A stretch of DNA of 64,000 nt from Oikopleura dioica (Eukaryota > Animalia > Chordata). The stretch spans positions 11,532,001 through 11,596,000 of the forward strand of contig OU015568.1 in the NCBI GenBank assembly GCA_907165135.1. The letters run 5' to 3'. The notes beneath the pieces are model-generated. The model was given only the letters and a program-made list of their open reading frames with translations, made no database searches and was not told the DNA's origin. Below, piece after piece: positions 28,288-40,035 of the stretch (within the stretch, counting starts at the first letter, position 1; each line of letters opens with the position of its first letter). The position numbers and the translations under genes were made by a program.

Positions 28288-28746
28288 AATTCATTTTATA
28301 GAATGATCTGAATAGAAAGATTCTTTGATAATCGATAAACAAAAAAGAGTTTTAGAAATAAGTTTGCAAAGTTGATTCTGAATCCAAAAGTGCATATGAA
28401 GATAGGCGAGGGTCAGTGCGTTTCCCGCGTGGAATCGTCGTGCTCGTGGATATTGGTGCTTAGTTGTTCTTTGGCACGAGGTGGCGGTGCTATCAACTAA
28501 CCTCCGACCCGTTGCGCGGTGAGCTCGGCGGCGCCCCCGCGATCTTGGTCCGTGGCCGCCCGGTGCGCGGCGCCGCGGAATAGCGCCGATCCATTTATAA
28601 GGATCCCGGCTGCGGCTTTAAGGTCATTCTTACCCGACGTCCCAGACAGTCAGAGAGTTGCCTCAACAACCGTCGACCATCTACCATCAACTTTAAACGG
28701 ATTCCTCCTTTTTTGGAAAAACAGAGCCTAAACACACACACACAAC

Positions 28747-29946
28747 ATGCGAGTTTTATCCACAATCCTTGCTGCCGCCCAAGCAGTTCCTGAATTCGCT
28801 ATGCTTGAGCGAGATGAAAACTACCCAAGAAAACATCCTATCAACAAGCTCGCTACGTACGTATTTATAAAACTATAAAACTAGATAGTTAGATGAGTAT
28901 CTTTTGAATTCTAAGATTCAATTAATACACTTGCCTTTTAAAACAGCGTTTTTAAAAGTTCCCTTTAGATCTAACAAGCTCGCCAACCGACTTGCAGTCT
29001 TTTCAAAAGGAGGTAACGCAGACAACGTAGATGAAGTCACATCCGGAGACTACGATAAGGTCATGAACCACAACAACAAATACTTTACTGTAAGTCAATC
29101 AATTTTGATACAGGATCTCAAGCTCGCCTTCAGAAACTCCGAGATCAATTGATGGAAGACAAAGACGGTGATGGAGAACCAGACTGCGGACTGATGGAGA
29201 AAGTTAAAAAGCCAAAGAACCCCGACCGAGTAAGTTTGCTAGAGAACTTTGAGCAAAATAGAACATTATTCATAAAATTTCGAATATATTAATCAAAAAT
29301 CTTTAGCGACGAAGAAGCACTGGCTACGGAAGCCTTGCTCTTACCCAGGACGATTACGAAAACCTTTGCGATGATCTTGAGGGCGAAGATGAAGACCTTC
29401 AGTGTGTCAAGGTAGATTTGCCCTCGTAGGTGCAGTAATTACTGAGTAATCTAGAACGAGAATGGATCTATCCAAAAGATGGACGCCGAAGACAGCGATG
29501 CCAGTAACTTGGGCCGAAGCCGAAAGTCCTTCGATCTCGACCCCGCAAAATTCCTCAAGAACGCACGAAAAGTCCACACTTCAGTCAAACGATTCACCAC
29601 CACATTCCTCTGGCAGTGTGAGAACAACGAGGGCACCCGAAACGACAAGCGACTGAAACGGTAAATTAACTGCTCACCAAGACTGTTTGTCTGATCGCGA
29701 TTTTTAGAAACCTCTTGAGCCTCAGTCGCCGAGTTCGAGATGGAATTCGATCTGGTTACACCACCGCTGAAGAAGCCGAGAAGATCAAGTGGAAGCGACT
29801 CTTCCCCAACACCCCCAAGGGCGGCCCCAACGGCGAAGGGTAAGTCACGTGCCTTAAAAATCAAGATTTAACGATTTCCTTTTAGCTGGCAAAAATTCTT
29901 CATGAGCAAAGCTACACCCAAAGTCCGTGGATCCAAGGATGAATAA
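28747..29946 (+). CDS. Secreted protein of unknown function with a polybasic (RRRR) site; 7 exons
   Basis: Signal-peptide-like MRVLSTILAAAQA. GT-AG phase-compatible exons 28747-28856, 28969-29089, 29134-29229, 29307-29412, ~29456-29659, ~29708-29839, 29886-29946. The stop overlaps AATAAA. TATA-like TTTATAA in a GC-rich upstream region at ~28594. Confidence 0.8.
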
Positions 29947-32900
29947 ACATTCTTGCACGGCACAAGGACAACAAAAAAGCCTTTGTAGATATGAAGTACT
30001 CGATTTTTCCACACTACAGGCGGCGTCTGTTCTAACGACTCTCGTCGCTTCGTAGTAGTTTCCATGCCAAAACGCCCTAATGTGAATATTGCCAACAGTT
30101 CCGACCAATTTTGAAACGAATTTTTCCTTAAAATTCTCAACTTCTTGCAACTCAACTTGTACATAGTATTTAATTTTATGATTTTACGATTTTGCTACAA
30201 TTAAACTTTCGAGAAACTTCGCGCAGAATTATGCTTGGCTAACATTAGTCCTGTGACTGAGCGGAGCCTCGAATAAAGGACTAGTCGGATGCCGATTAGA
30301 CCGCTAAACTTTTGTACACTCAAGTAACTCTAATTTTGGAATAATTATTAGAGAGAAGAACTTTTATATTTCTGAGGAACTTTTTCGAGATAGAGGAGAT
30401 ATTCCTTCCTCGTGCGGAAGCATATTTAATATATTCGAATAAGAATAACTTTTGAGAGACTATTCTTATATAGTAGAATGCTTTTGCGGGTTTCTTGCCC
30501 CACCATTCTTTGCCTATATTTCGCCATTTTACTTATGTTAGCTTTACCACTAAGACTGCCCAGTTACTGGGCGATAAGCTCCAAGGGTAAACGTCCTCGA
30601 TGAATGAACAATGTGAAGGTAAGGGGTTAATCAATCCTACTGTATCGGTGCACCAACCAACCTGCCGATACTTTCGACTCGAAATTGATCGAATTGTAAT
30701 TTGTCTCCAAGTCGAAACATTTTTTGACTGGCCTCGAACTTCGAGCTCGAGCCGGGCCCGAAATCAATATTTCAACTCGGCTTTGGTTCGAATAAGAGTG
30801 CCAAAAATGTTACAGTAAATTGACCCCTGAGCAAGACCGGACTCTCGACCCATAAACCACCATCTTTGTTGGGTCGACGATCAACTCCGACGATTGCGTA
30901 ACAATTTTAAACATAATCAAAATTTTACGAAGAGATTTGGATTCGATTGAATCGGGCTGAAAAGGGATGAAACCGCCCAAATCCAAACCTGCCATTGAGT
31001 CTGGCGCTTTGATTGAGTCGGCTTCGATTTCGAAAAGACCCGCACCACAACTACAAACAAACAACAACCACAAACACACAATTGCTGGCGCAACAACGAA
31101 ACAAACGATTTATAAAACAAAACTACCTTTTGCTGCATTTAAAAACTTACTATACTAAACGAGAAATTGTCGTTCAAGTCAATCTCATCCCAAGCCTGTT
31201 TGATTTCAATTCCGAAGTCCAAATGCCGACACATGATGTTCTGTGTTTTTACAAATTTATATATAAATAAAACATTTACTGTGAATTATAAAAATCAAAA
31301 TCGCGTCTTCCTCTTTCTTTGAATCATAAAATTGAGCATCAGAAGGTACCTTTATTGACAAAAAAGGGATGAACAAGTTGTCCGCAGAATTTTCTGATTT
31401 TTATCTAAGCTACGATGGAAGCAACGTGCTAACGATGTTTAGGAAGGGCAAATTGCCACTAAGCCCTCCTAAAGATACAATCTGAACCATCCCCAAACAG
31501 CTTTCTTCTTCCAATTCGACGTTACAACTAATTTATTTCCAAGCGCGATAATCGCAACGATAAGAACGATTTAGAAATTGAGAAACGTAGGCCACGTATA
31601 TTTTCAATTTATACTCGAGCATAACATGCGGATACATGCTTTGAAAATATGACGGCGACAAAGGGCGGATATTTTAAGGAAACACAACGTTGTTTTACAA
31701 TAGCTAAACAGTTGACTGGGGCAATCACTGTCTTTCTGCATTGCAATTTCTTCAGCGGAAGAATAATCTTTCAAGAAAAATATTTAAACTTTCCAAGCAT
31801 ACGGGTAGAGATAACCACTCATCAATAACTAAGTCAGCTGGCCAGCCGAAACTGTTACTAGCATATTGACAGCGAGAGATCTAAAGCATTCTTAGAAAGC
31901 CAGAAAATTACATAAAGTGGTCACTTAAATGTTTCAAGATTGATTCTACTAAACCGCATTCTAAAGGAAAAGGATCGGACCTGCTGATCTCAAGTTACGA
32001 TTACGAATGTCGATCTGACAGTGTGTGACGGATCGTTCTACGCAGGCCGGATCTCGTCGCGTCACAAAGTGCTCCTGAGGTTTTTCTCTTTTTAGAGGCA
32101 ATGAAGAAAAACGGGAAGAGATGTTATGAATGTTGATAGCAGCTAATGAAGAGCATCTAACCGCGGAACTTGAATAAAAGCGCTTCTCATGTAAAAAAGC
32201 GTCGATCAATCAAAAACTGCTCCTTCAAATCCAGCCAGCTAAAAATACTGTACTTGAATACCACGTTTTAAATTCGGAGAGATTTCTGCAGAAGAATTTT
32301 TTCGGTTTACAACGCAAATTTTTCTTCAAATATTTTTAGAGCGTCATTTAGATGCGGTTGATTTGAATGTAGACTTTTACAAATGTTGCTGTCACTTAGG
32401 TAAACCGAAGTTGCGTTTTGAAGTAGACTAGCAATAAAGTGAACATCCGATTGCAATAGAGTTTAGAATATGGGTTCGGTGGCGTTGCTTCCTTGCCTAG
32501 GCCGGAAAGCTCAATATGGTTCCAGCGCTTTGAGCCCGACGCCTATCGTTTCCGCTTATCGACACCAGTGTATCAGTGATAACGGTGCACAAGCCACTTA
32601 CATGCATGTTCCAAGCACTTCTAAAGGCCTCAAGGTTATTCTATATCTAGGACACAAGGAACCGTATAGCATCCTAGTGCTTCTAAAGAACGGTCAATAT
32701 TTAGCCAAAATCAAATCGCTTCTTTTTTGGATGATCTTTTCAAAACAACCATAAAAGCATTTCTGATATATTTTTAGCGAAGCTTCTAAACTTATTGCTT
32801 CTTGGATAGAAAAATTGAGATCTGCTTGGAATCTGCAGACTGCTGCCCAAGTTCGCTTGACTTGCAGGAGATGGTGGTTAGCTTCTCGGTCGATAACCAA

Positions 32901-33938
32901 CGCGGAATGAAAACAACCGTTATAAAGGGATGAGCTAAGAGATAAGACACGCGGAATGATATCAGGCCGCGCAATGTGAGTTGGACTCCCCATATTTCTG
33001 AGATAGTTTGCGACTCCTGGTCAATTTTGGGTTCCATATCAATCGTTTTAAAATAGAAGTAGAGCCTATGAACTAAATTTATTGCGTCCATCTCAGCAAA
33101 TAAGATCTTTTGTCAGTAGGGATCTCCTTTCCGAGGCGATTATGTTCGGTGACGATATGATGACTGGAGCATTGAGGGTTGAAAGGAGATCGTTTTCTAC
33201 GAATTAATCTGCTCCCTCATCGCATTATCCAGCGGGTCATTTGCTTAGATAGGAAGTTCTTGAATTTAACCCGCTCTCTCTAAGAGTTCGATACGTGCTA
33301 TTTTTACTGCTAGTTATTTTAGTTTAACGCATTAGAAAATAAATCCTACTTTGTTATTGTTGTAAAGTGGTCCCACGATGGCACGAACGCGTGATATGTT
33401 GTAATATTTACAAAATTAGAGCCTCGCGACATGAACAATGTTTAATTATGGCATCACAATCAAATCCTTTCTAATCTACTCTGGAATCGACTGCCTCATT
33501 CTCTAAGCAACCGGAAAGAATGTTGGATAGGCTCTCAATCGTTGGTCTTGTTTTTTGAATAAGCAAGGTACCATTATTGCTTTCATATTTTTAATTCAAA
33601 AAGTCAAGAGAGACCAGTCACTTCGTGCATGCTCTGTACTTTTCTAAAGTCAAAGTTCAATTTCTTAAACTTTTCATCTGCACTCTTTGAATTAACCAGA
33701 GTTCATGTGTGCTTAAAACTATTGAGAGTACTGTATCATTTTATATGCTAGAGAAATAAACAAAAGTATAATTATAAAGATCAGTTTATTGGTTCTATTT
33801 ACTCGAATCTAGTTCAAAATGAAAGAACATCTCGGTCATTACAGTCATTCGTTCAGTGAAATAATTGCAAGTGTTTTCTTATTCTTCGCCTTGATTCCGG
33901 AGGTCTTCTCTGCGTGTTGCTCTCCCTTTTTCATTTGT

Positions 33939-34763
33939 TTACCACAGAGTCACAAAGTTTCCATTTCCATCGAATATGATTTTCTTTTGTAAAAACTTGT
34001 CCAGCTGGAAAACAAATTTTCCCTGGAGATTCGGAAAGTGCTTTCTGATAGTATCTGCTAGAAAGCTTTCCAAGTCTTCGAAGAGAAGTAGATCAGCGTT
34101 TTCAGAATAGCTTGAAAACAACTTCCGCATTTCGTCTTTTTCATCGCAAGCGGCCAAATACAGCGTGATCAAAAAGCTCAATAAGGATGGAAACTTCTTC
34201 TCGATCAAATCGCAGAATCTTGAATCGTCGATTCGCCGAGATCGAAGTAGATTGCGGTGAAAATCCTCGCCAATTTCATAAATGTGCGAGTGGTGGTTAC
34301 GGAAGAATCGGATGAAGCTGACGAGTGTTGAATCATATTTCTCCAGCGAAAAGTCGTACATTTGCCACATTGAATGTTTGTCCCAGGCTGGAGTTTGGTG
34401 TCGACCCATTTGAGTAGAGCAAAATGTGATCTTCTTGACAAGTTTCTCATCGGAAAGAAGCATCTTAACGATTTGGAATCGCTTCGCTCGCGGGTGCTCG
34501 TACTCTTCGTTGATTTCAATATTCACCAACTCTGCGTGTAAGTTGTGGAGACATTTCATCTTGAGCATCGGGACGAGTTTGTTGTTGAAAGCGCATTTAC
34601 TGTCTCTTGAAAGCAGCTCTTCGATGATGTCCACCCGAGAAAATGTATTTGAATCTGTGCTATGCAAACTGAAGACGTCGAACGAGACAGTTTTCGTGTC
34701 TTTGGTAAGTCTCTTTGGGACTACTTTCGCTGACTTCTCTTCAACAGATGCGTTTTTCTTCAT
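33939..34763 (-). CDS. Intronless 274-aa protein with a KEN (IRE1/RNase L-type) ribonuclease-like domain, paralogue 1
   Basis: Single ORF; probable start MKKNASVEEK at 34763. Contains KYDSTLVSFIRFFRNHHSHIYE...FCDLIEKKFPSLLSFLITLY. R-X4-H codons at 34301-34284. AATAAA at ~33785-33790. Confidence 0.8.
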   Translation of the reverse strand: MKKNASVEEKSAKVVPKRLTKDTKTVSFDVFSLHSTDSNTFSRVDIIEELLSRDSKCAFNNKLVPMLKMKCLHNLHAELVNIEINEEYEHPRAKRFQIVKMLLSDEKLVKKITFCSTQMGRHQTPAWDKHSMWQMYDFSLEKYDSTLVSFIRFFRNHHSHIYEIGEDFHRNLLRSRRIDDSRFCDLIEKKFPSLLSFLITLYLAACDEKDEMRKLFSSYSENADLLLFEDLESFLADTIRKHFPNLQGKFVFQLDKFLQKKIIFDGNGNFVTLW

Positions 34764-35300
34764 TGTTTGAAAAAATATTTTGTTCTGCTTTTTAGTAAAC
34801 TCAAAATTTGGAATGACAAAAATCGACATTCATCGAGCGACGCGCTCTGAAAAAAGGGAAAAGGAGCCCGCGGGGCGCTCGAGTAATGGATTTGTAGGGG
34901 TGAGTAAGAGCGATCGAATATGTCGAAGAAAACGACAATTTAGATATTCTTTGACTGCAAAGAAAGGATAAATAATTCGATTTTATTGAAAAAATCAGTT
35001 TATTAGATGAGTAATCAAAAGTTTTACAGTTCAGCTTGCAAATTTACGAAGGTACGAATATCTGTGTTGCAACACTAGTAATTTCTTGTTCGTAACTTCT
35101 TCTTATAGAGATCGTGTGGTCAGATTCGCATTTCTTTCAGTTTACCAATAAGCGGTATAAGTTTGTGTGAATTGTAATTCGTTCAAACTTCCATATCTTG
35201 ATGTTATCGTATCCATATTCATATCCAAGGTCGTTTCCTGGCCAGTTTCATTATCCGTGGTCGTTTTCAGATCATATGTTTCAAGCTCAATAAAATCGGG

Positions 35301-36122
35301 CTATCGAAGAGTCAAAAAATTTCCTTTTTTGTCGTAAATGATTTTCCGATGCAGGTATTGATCCAGCTGTCGTAAAAACTTTCCTTGAAAATTAGGAAAA
35401 TTTTTGGTAATCGTCTCGGAGAGAAAACTTTCAAGATCTTCGAGCAAGAGTAAATCCGCGTTTTCAGAGTACATTGAAGACAGTCGGCGCATTTCATCTT
35501 TTTCGTCACAAGCAGCCAAATAGAGAGTGATGAGGAAATTCATCATTGAGGGAAAATTTGTCTCGACGAATTTACAGAATCTTGATCGGTCAAGTCGATG
35601 GGAACGTATCATGTCAGCTTGAAAATCAGCAGTTGTTTGGTAGAAGTGTTGGTCATGGTTTCGAAGAAAACGGAGGAAGTCGAAAAGTGTGCTTTTATAT
35701 TTTTCTGTTATCGCAAAGTTGTAGTTATTCCAGACAGGATGCATATTCCAAGCAGTAATGGATCTCTTCGGAATCTGTTGCATAGAGCAACCGAGTGTTA
35801 TTTTCTTTACAAAAATTTCTTCTGAAAGCAGCATTTTAAGTACGCGAAAGCGTTTTGCTCTTTCATCAGTGTATTCTTCTTCGATGTCAATGTTGTCCAA
35901 CTCGGCGTGAAAGTTTCTTAGGCACTCCATTTTGATAACCGGCACCATTCTACAAGAGGAATCGGGGGAACTTAGTAGAGTCTCGACAATATCAGGAGAG
36001 TTGAAGGTATTCAGGTCATTGCTGTGTAAGCTAAACACATCGAATGCGGTCGTCTTCGTATCTTTAGTAAGCCTTGTCACTGGTTTCTCTTTGAATTTTT
36101 CTTTTGGAACTTTTTTCGGCAT
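35301..36122 (-). CDS. Intronless 273-aa protein with a KEN ribonuclease-like domain, paralogue 2
   Basis: Single ORF; probable start MPKKVPKEK at 36122. Contains KYKSTLFDFLRFLRNHDQHFYQ...FCKFVETNFPSMMNFLITLY. R-X4-H codons at 35663-35646. Colinear with paralogue 1 over its full length, including an identical FLITLYLAACDEKDEMR. Confidence 0.8.
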   Translation of the reverse strand: MPKKVPKEKFKEKPVTRLTKDTKTTAFDVFSLHSNDLNTFNSPDIVETLLSSPDSSCRMVPVIKMECLRNFHAELDNIDIEEEYTDERAKRFRVLKMLLSEEIFVKKITLGCSMQQIPKRSITAWNMHPVWNNYNFAITEKYKSTLFDFLRFLRNHDQHFYQTTADFQADMIRSHRLDRSRFCKFVETNFPSMMNFLITLYLAACDEKDEMRRLSSMYSENADLLLLEDLESFLSETITKNFPNFQGKFLRQLDQYLHRKIIYDKKGNFLTLR

Positions 36123-36516
36123 TTCGAAATTTTGTGCGCTTGAATATTCGGGGTTATATTCTTTTTGTTTCCAAAATTTTGTGATGATGAAGTCGAGCAG
36201 AGAGCGTTTATATTGATAAAAGGGAAAGAGAGCCCACGTCTTGCTCGTCATCGTTTTTATGGAGGGCTGTCTGAGCTTTGCGCCTAATCAAGCTCTCACC
36301 ATAATGACAAAGCAATTCAAATACAGAAGCAGTAAAGTCAGCCTGCGAAAGGAAAGAATTTCTGTCTTTGCTACATACATTCAATTTGAAAGGAAAGCGT
36401 GATGACTTTGATGTTTGGATAGACACAAGTTTATTGACATTTCATACGAATAAAGATCGATCTGACTGAATCGACTTCTGATGCAGCGATGACTGTGAAC
36501 ATTCAACTAGAAAATG

Positions 36517-39500
36517 CTAGAAGTTTTTCATGTATTCTGCGAAGGATGAAAACTTTTTCTTCTTGATTTTTGCTTGAACGCCGATTGATCTCAGTTTAGT
36601 TTCCTTTCCCGTCTTTTGGTAGCCTATTTCAGGTACATCTGAATTCAGGCGTGAGCAGTTCTTTTTTTTAATCTTTACCTTTCTTAAAGTGAGATGGATA
36701 CTCCCGGTACTTCTCGATCAGCTCGCGTACTGATGGTTCTCTTGAAAATGGTCTGAAAGAGGATAAAAATAATGTCTCTTCGATTAAATTACTGGATCTC
36801 GTTGCATCCTCCACAGCAAAAGTTGTTACTCTTGAGTTTGGCCAAGTTACCGACCATGCTTATTTCCAAACTGCGAAAATTATTGCTAAACAGCTAATTA
36901 AGCCGCTTTTTTATAAATAACTTCTAATCGATGTTTATTTGCGTCATACTTTTTCTCTCTGCGCACATCTTCTACGCTTCGCGACAAGTTCTGCAGTTGA
37001 AAATTCATTTCCTTTTTATTGATAATATGTTATTGCGTCTTTTTTCTTTTCCGAATACCTTCATCTTATTGAGGATTTGCTTAGAAAAGACCGACTCGGA
37101 GTACAACTTGTCGGAATTAATTGGCGGTGGTGTTGATACTAAACTTTCCGATCGGGACAAGCTGTCAATTGTGCCGCGAAGAAGGTCTATCATCAGCTTG
37201 AAAATAGATCCATAAGTAAGTTAACTTAGCATTCAGTCGCTAAAGCAAATGCTTTCAAGCTTCAATTTTTAACCGTAACAATTTCTTGATCCTTGATTTC
37301 AATTTTTCGCTTTTTGCGAGTTCAATAATTTTTCTGATCGAAATTATGATCGAAAGTTTCTGTATGAACTCTGGCTCAAATTGATGAATCTTGTCGTGGT
37401 ATGCAGTCAACATGTCGTTCTTTGCGATCATGATCTCTTTCTCAAGCTTTTCGATGTCGGAAAATGTATCTGACTGAGGACTAGTTGGAGTTGTGTAAGT
37501 TGAAGTTGCAGAATCGATGGAGTTCATGTGACTTGATACTTTTTCAGAAGTCTAATTAGTTTCTGACGGGTATATTGCTGAGGCACCTTCGGGTGTCAGA
37601 TATTCAGCGAATCTGTCATTAGGATATTGCCAATTTGATAAAAGAAAATTAGAATTCCGTTACTGTTATTCGGGGGTCTTTATCTTCTTATTTCTCTTCT
37701 GTTCCATTTTCTTCTGAAATTTCTCCTCAAATGTTTCATTTTCCGTAATTGGTAGTGGACCATCTTTCCTCAAAGAATTCTTCCAGATATCCTGCGGATT
37801 CAAGACGTCTTTCGGAGCCATGCTGCCTCTTCGCGAACTTCCCAAAATCTCGGATTTGCGTCTCTCACTCAACTATCAACTGTTAAAGCTGGTGTTGCTC
37901 TAGCTGTTCTCAGTACCTTCTGAGTGCTCTGAATCTCAAGCTTGAGCGTTTTTATGCCCGTCGAGCTTTTCGAAAGAAGCGTTTTTTTCGCCGTCGGGCT
38001 CAGCATCATGCCAGTGGCGGAAATTTCATATTCACATGCACCTGCTACCTTGAAACGCTGCTATAATTGCTAGTAATGTTTTATGCAGTGACTATTCGCG
38101 TGCCAAGATCAGATGATCCGAAGATCAGCTAATTCTGATGATAGATTTTTTCGATTTTAAAGATTATTATCTGTATTGAAAATTATGGAAAAGAATAAAT
38201 AAGTAAAAGGGCTTGCAGTAATATTCGAAGAAAAATTAAATAATTCAAATATGGGGTCGCCTTCGCTGACTTGAAATTGGCAATCGTTTATCATCATCCG
38301 TGCACCAGAAATTGTCGAAATTATTTTCCGGATAACGAGGCTCCCACTGGCTGCCATCGAGGGATGGAGAGGGAGGCTGGCGGAGCAGATCAGAATCATT
38401 CAGTCGGTTGAACTTGGCTCGTTCGATCAAATCTTTCAAGGGTTGAAAACAGTCTAAAATATCGAAATTTTTCAAAAGAATAAATTTCATTCTGAATCAA
38501 TAATAATAGTTTCAGCTGAACCCTCTCCGAAATTTATCTTTTCGTTGATCCTCTTTCCTTGCGTGTCCACTGGAATATTTCCAACAAATCGCTGCTTCTT
38601 TTTCTGCGCCATTTCGTTTTCCTCTGTGTCGGAATCTTCTCTTTTTGGCGTCTGACTTGCTCCTCCGAAAAGCAGTTCTTCGCCCGTAACGTCGTTCTTT
38701 GAGTAGCTCGGCTTTGGAGAAACCGAGCGAGATCGTGACTTGGAACTTGCTCTGTAGATTTTGGACGTTTGACACATTGTCTCGTCGTCGTCACTTATCA
38801 TCGATTTCAAGTCGGCTTTGCTCCTAGTTTTATATTTTCAAATAACGAGGAAACAAATTTGAAAGTACCTTGACTGCCGAGCTGGTTTAGGACTAGCAGC
38901 GTGTTTGCGTTTCTTTGAGTTTTCCTGCACATTCTTGAGCCAGTTTCCTAGCCGACTGTCCATTCCATTCGCAGTTGCTGGCGACGGGTTCATCAAATGT
39001 TGAGTATCAGTTTGGTTCCCAGTTTTGTGGAGCAAGGAAATTTGCGTCATGTCATCGTCTTCGGACGAGTCGATTAATTCGATGTCATCTAGCGGCGAGT
39101 ACAAAATATTCAGTGGAGCCGACTTTTCTGGAGTAACTTTGGAGGACTTTTTGATGAAGTGTTGGGAGATGTCTTGAGTTTTCTCTTTGGAAGATTGGCG
39201 AGAACGACTTGCAGAGGGCTTATTAATCGAATTTCAGGTCATACTAATTATCTTTCTAGCATCTTCTGCCCAAATGTTCCACCCTGCTTTCTAGTAGAAG
39301 CCCTTCCTAGAATAGACTGATCTTCTGTCCGCCTGTGAACGAGATTTCTTCGGAACAGGTAATGTTTCTTTGGGCTTTAGATTGAGCAGTTTCGACGCTA
39401 CCATCTGATTTCCATTTGAACTTGTACTGATATTTCTGCTGGGTTTTTCATCCGTTTTCAGGATTTTCTTCGAACGAGATGAAATTTTCGCGCTGGAGAG

Positions 39501-39945
39501 AACTTCTTCTTCAGAATTTGACCTATTGGACGCATGGTTTATTGATCCTCTTGCGCGCTTCTTTTTGCTTGGGGAGATTATTTGCAGCTCTTCAAGGTCT
39601 GGATCTGAGACATTCTGGGCTTTCAGCTCGTCCTGGGCTTTCGTCAGCTCTTTTCGTAAATTGAAGATTATTTCGTCTTTCTGGGCCAGTTGTTCTTTCA
39701 ATTTACGGATTTTCTTGGCTAGAAAACGCAATTAGCAAATTATTAAAATTTAAAACAATACCAGATTTTGATTGGAAGCATTTTATTTTATCAACAAATT
39801 CGTTCAATTCTAAGTCTCCCTCTAAATCGTCACTGTCATCATCTTCCGTCATCATATTCTCTCTTTTTGAATTCAGTCTTGCTCCTCTGTTACCGTATTT
39901 ATCCAGTCTCTAATTCAATAAATTATTGCGCTCAGGGAATACCAT
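36517..39945 (-). CDS. Multi-exon, low-complexity S/K/D/E-rich protein with an N-terminal coiled coil; unknown family
   Basis: Run of same-strand charged ORFs (39291-39731, 38838-39104, 38487-38810, 38245-38490, 37666-37872, 37255-37527) separated by short introns, e.g. a 43-nt GT-AG intron before AKKIRKLKEQL. The last exon ends at TAG 36519-36517, with AATAAA at 36435-36430. Confidence 0.7.
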
Positions 39946-40035
39946 GGAGTTGAGCTCTAAGTGGAGATTCGAGAATCTGAGAGTCGAAATAATGATTGGG
40001 CTTTATTCGACGCTCATTTCTGGGCGCGCCTAATT

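Noticed and set aside
29854-30164. Two overlapping minus-strand 98-aa ORFs, one Cys-rich
   Set aside because: They overlap the last exon and 3' UTR of the plus-strand gene, with no recognisable domain or supporting exon chain.
30600-33400. Short ORFs on both strands (30600-31270, 32470-33091)
   Set aside because: Some splice-like signals are present, but I could not assemble a supported model; left unannotated rather than called non-coding.
36208-36426. ORF upstream of KEN-like paralogue 2 as a possible kinase exon
   Set aside because: No kinase motifs, it overlaps the 3' end region of the neighbouring gene, and the shared pyrimidine motif argues for a start downstream of it.
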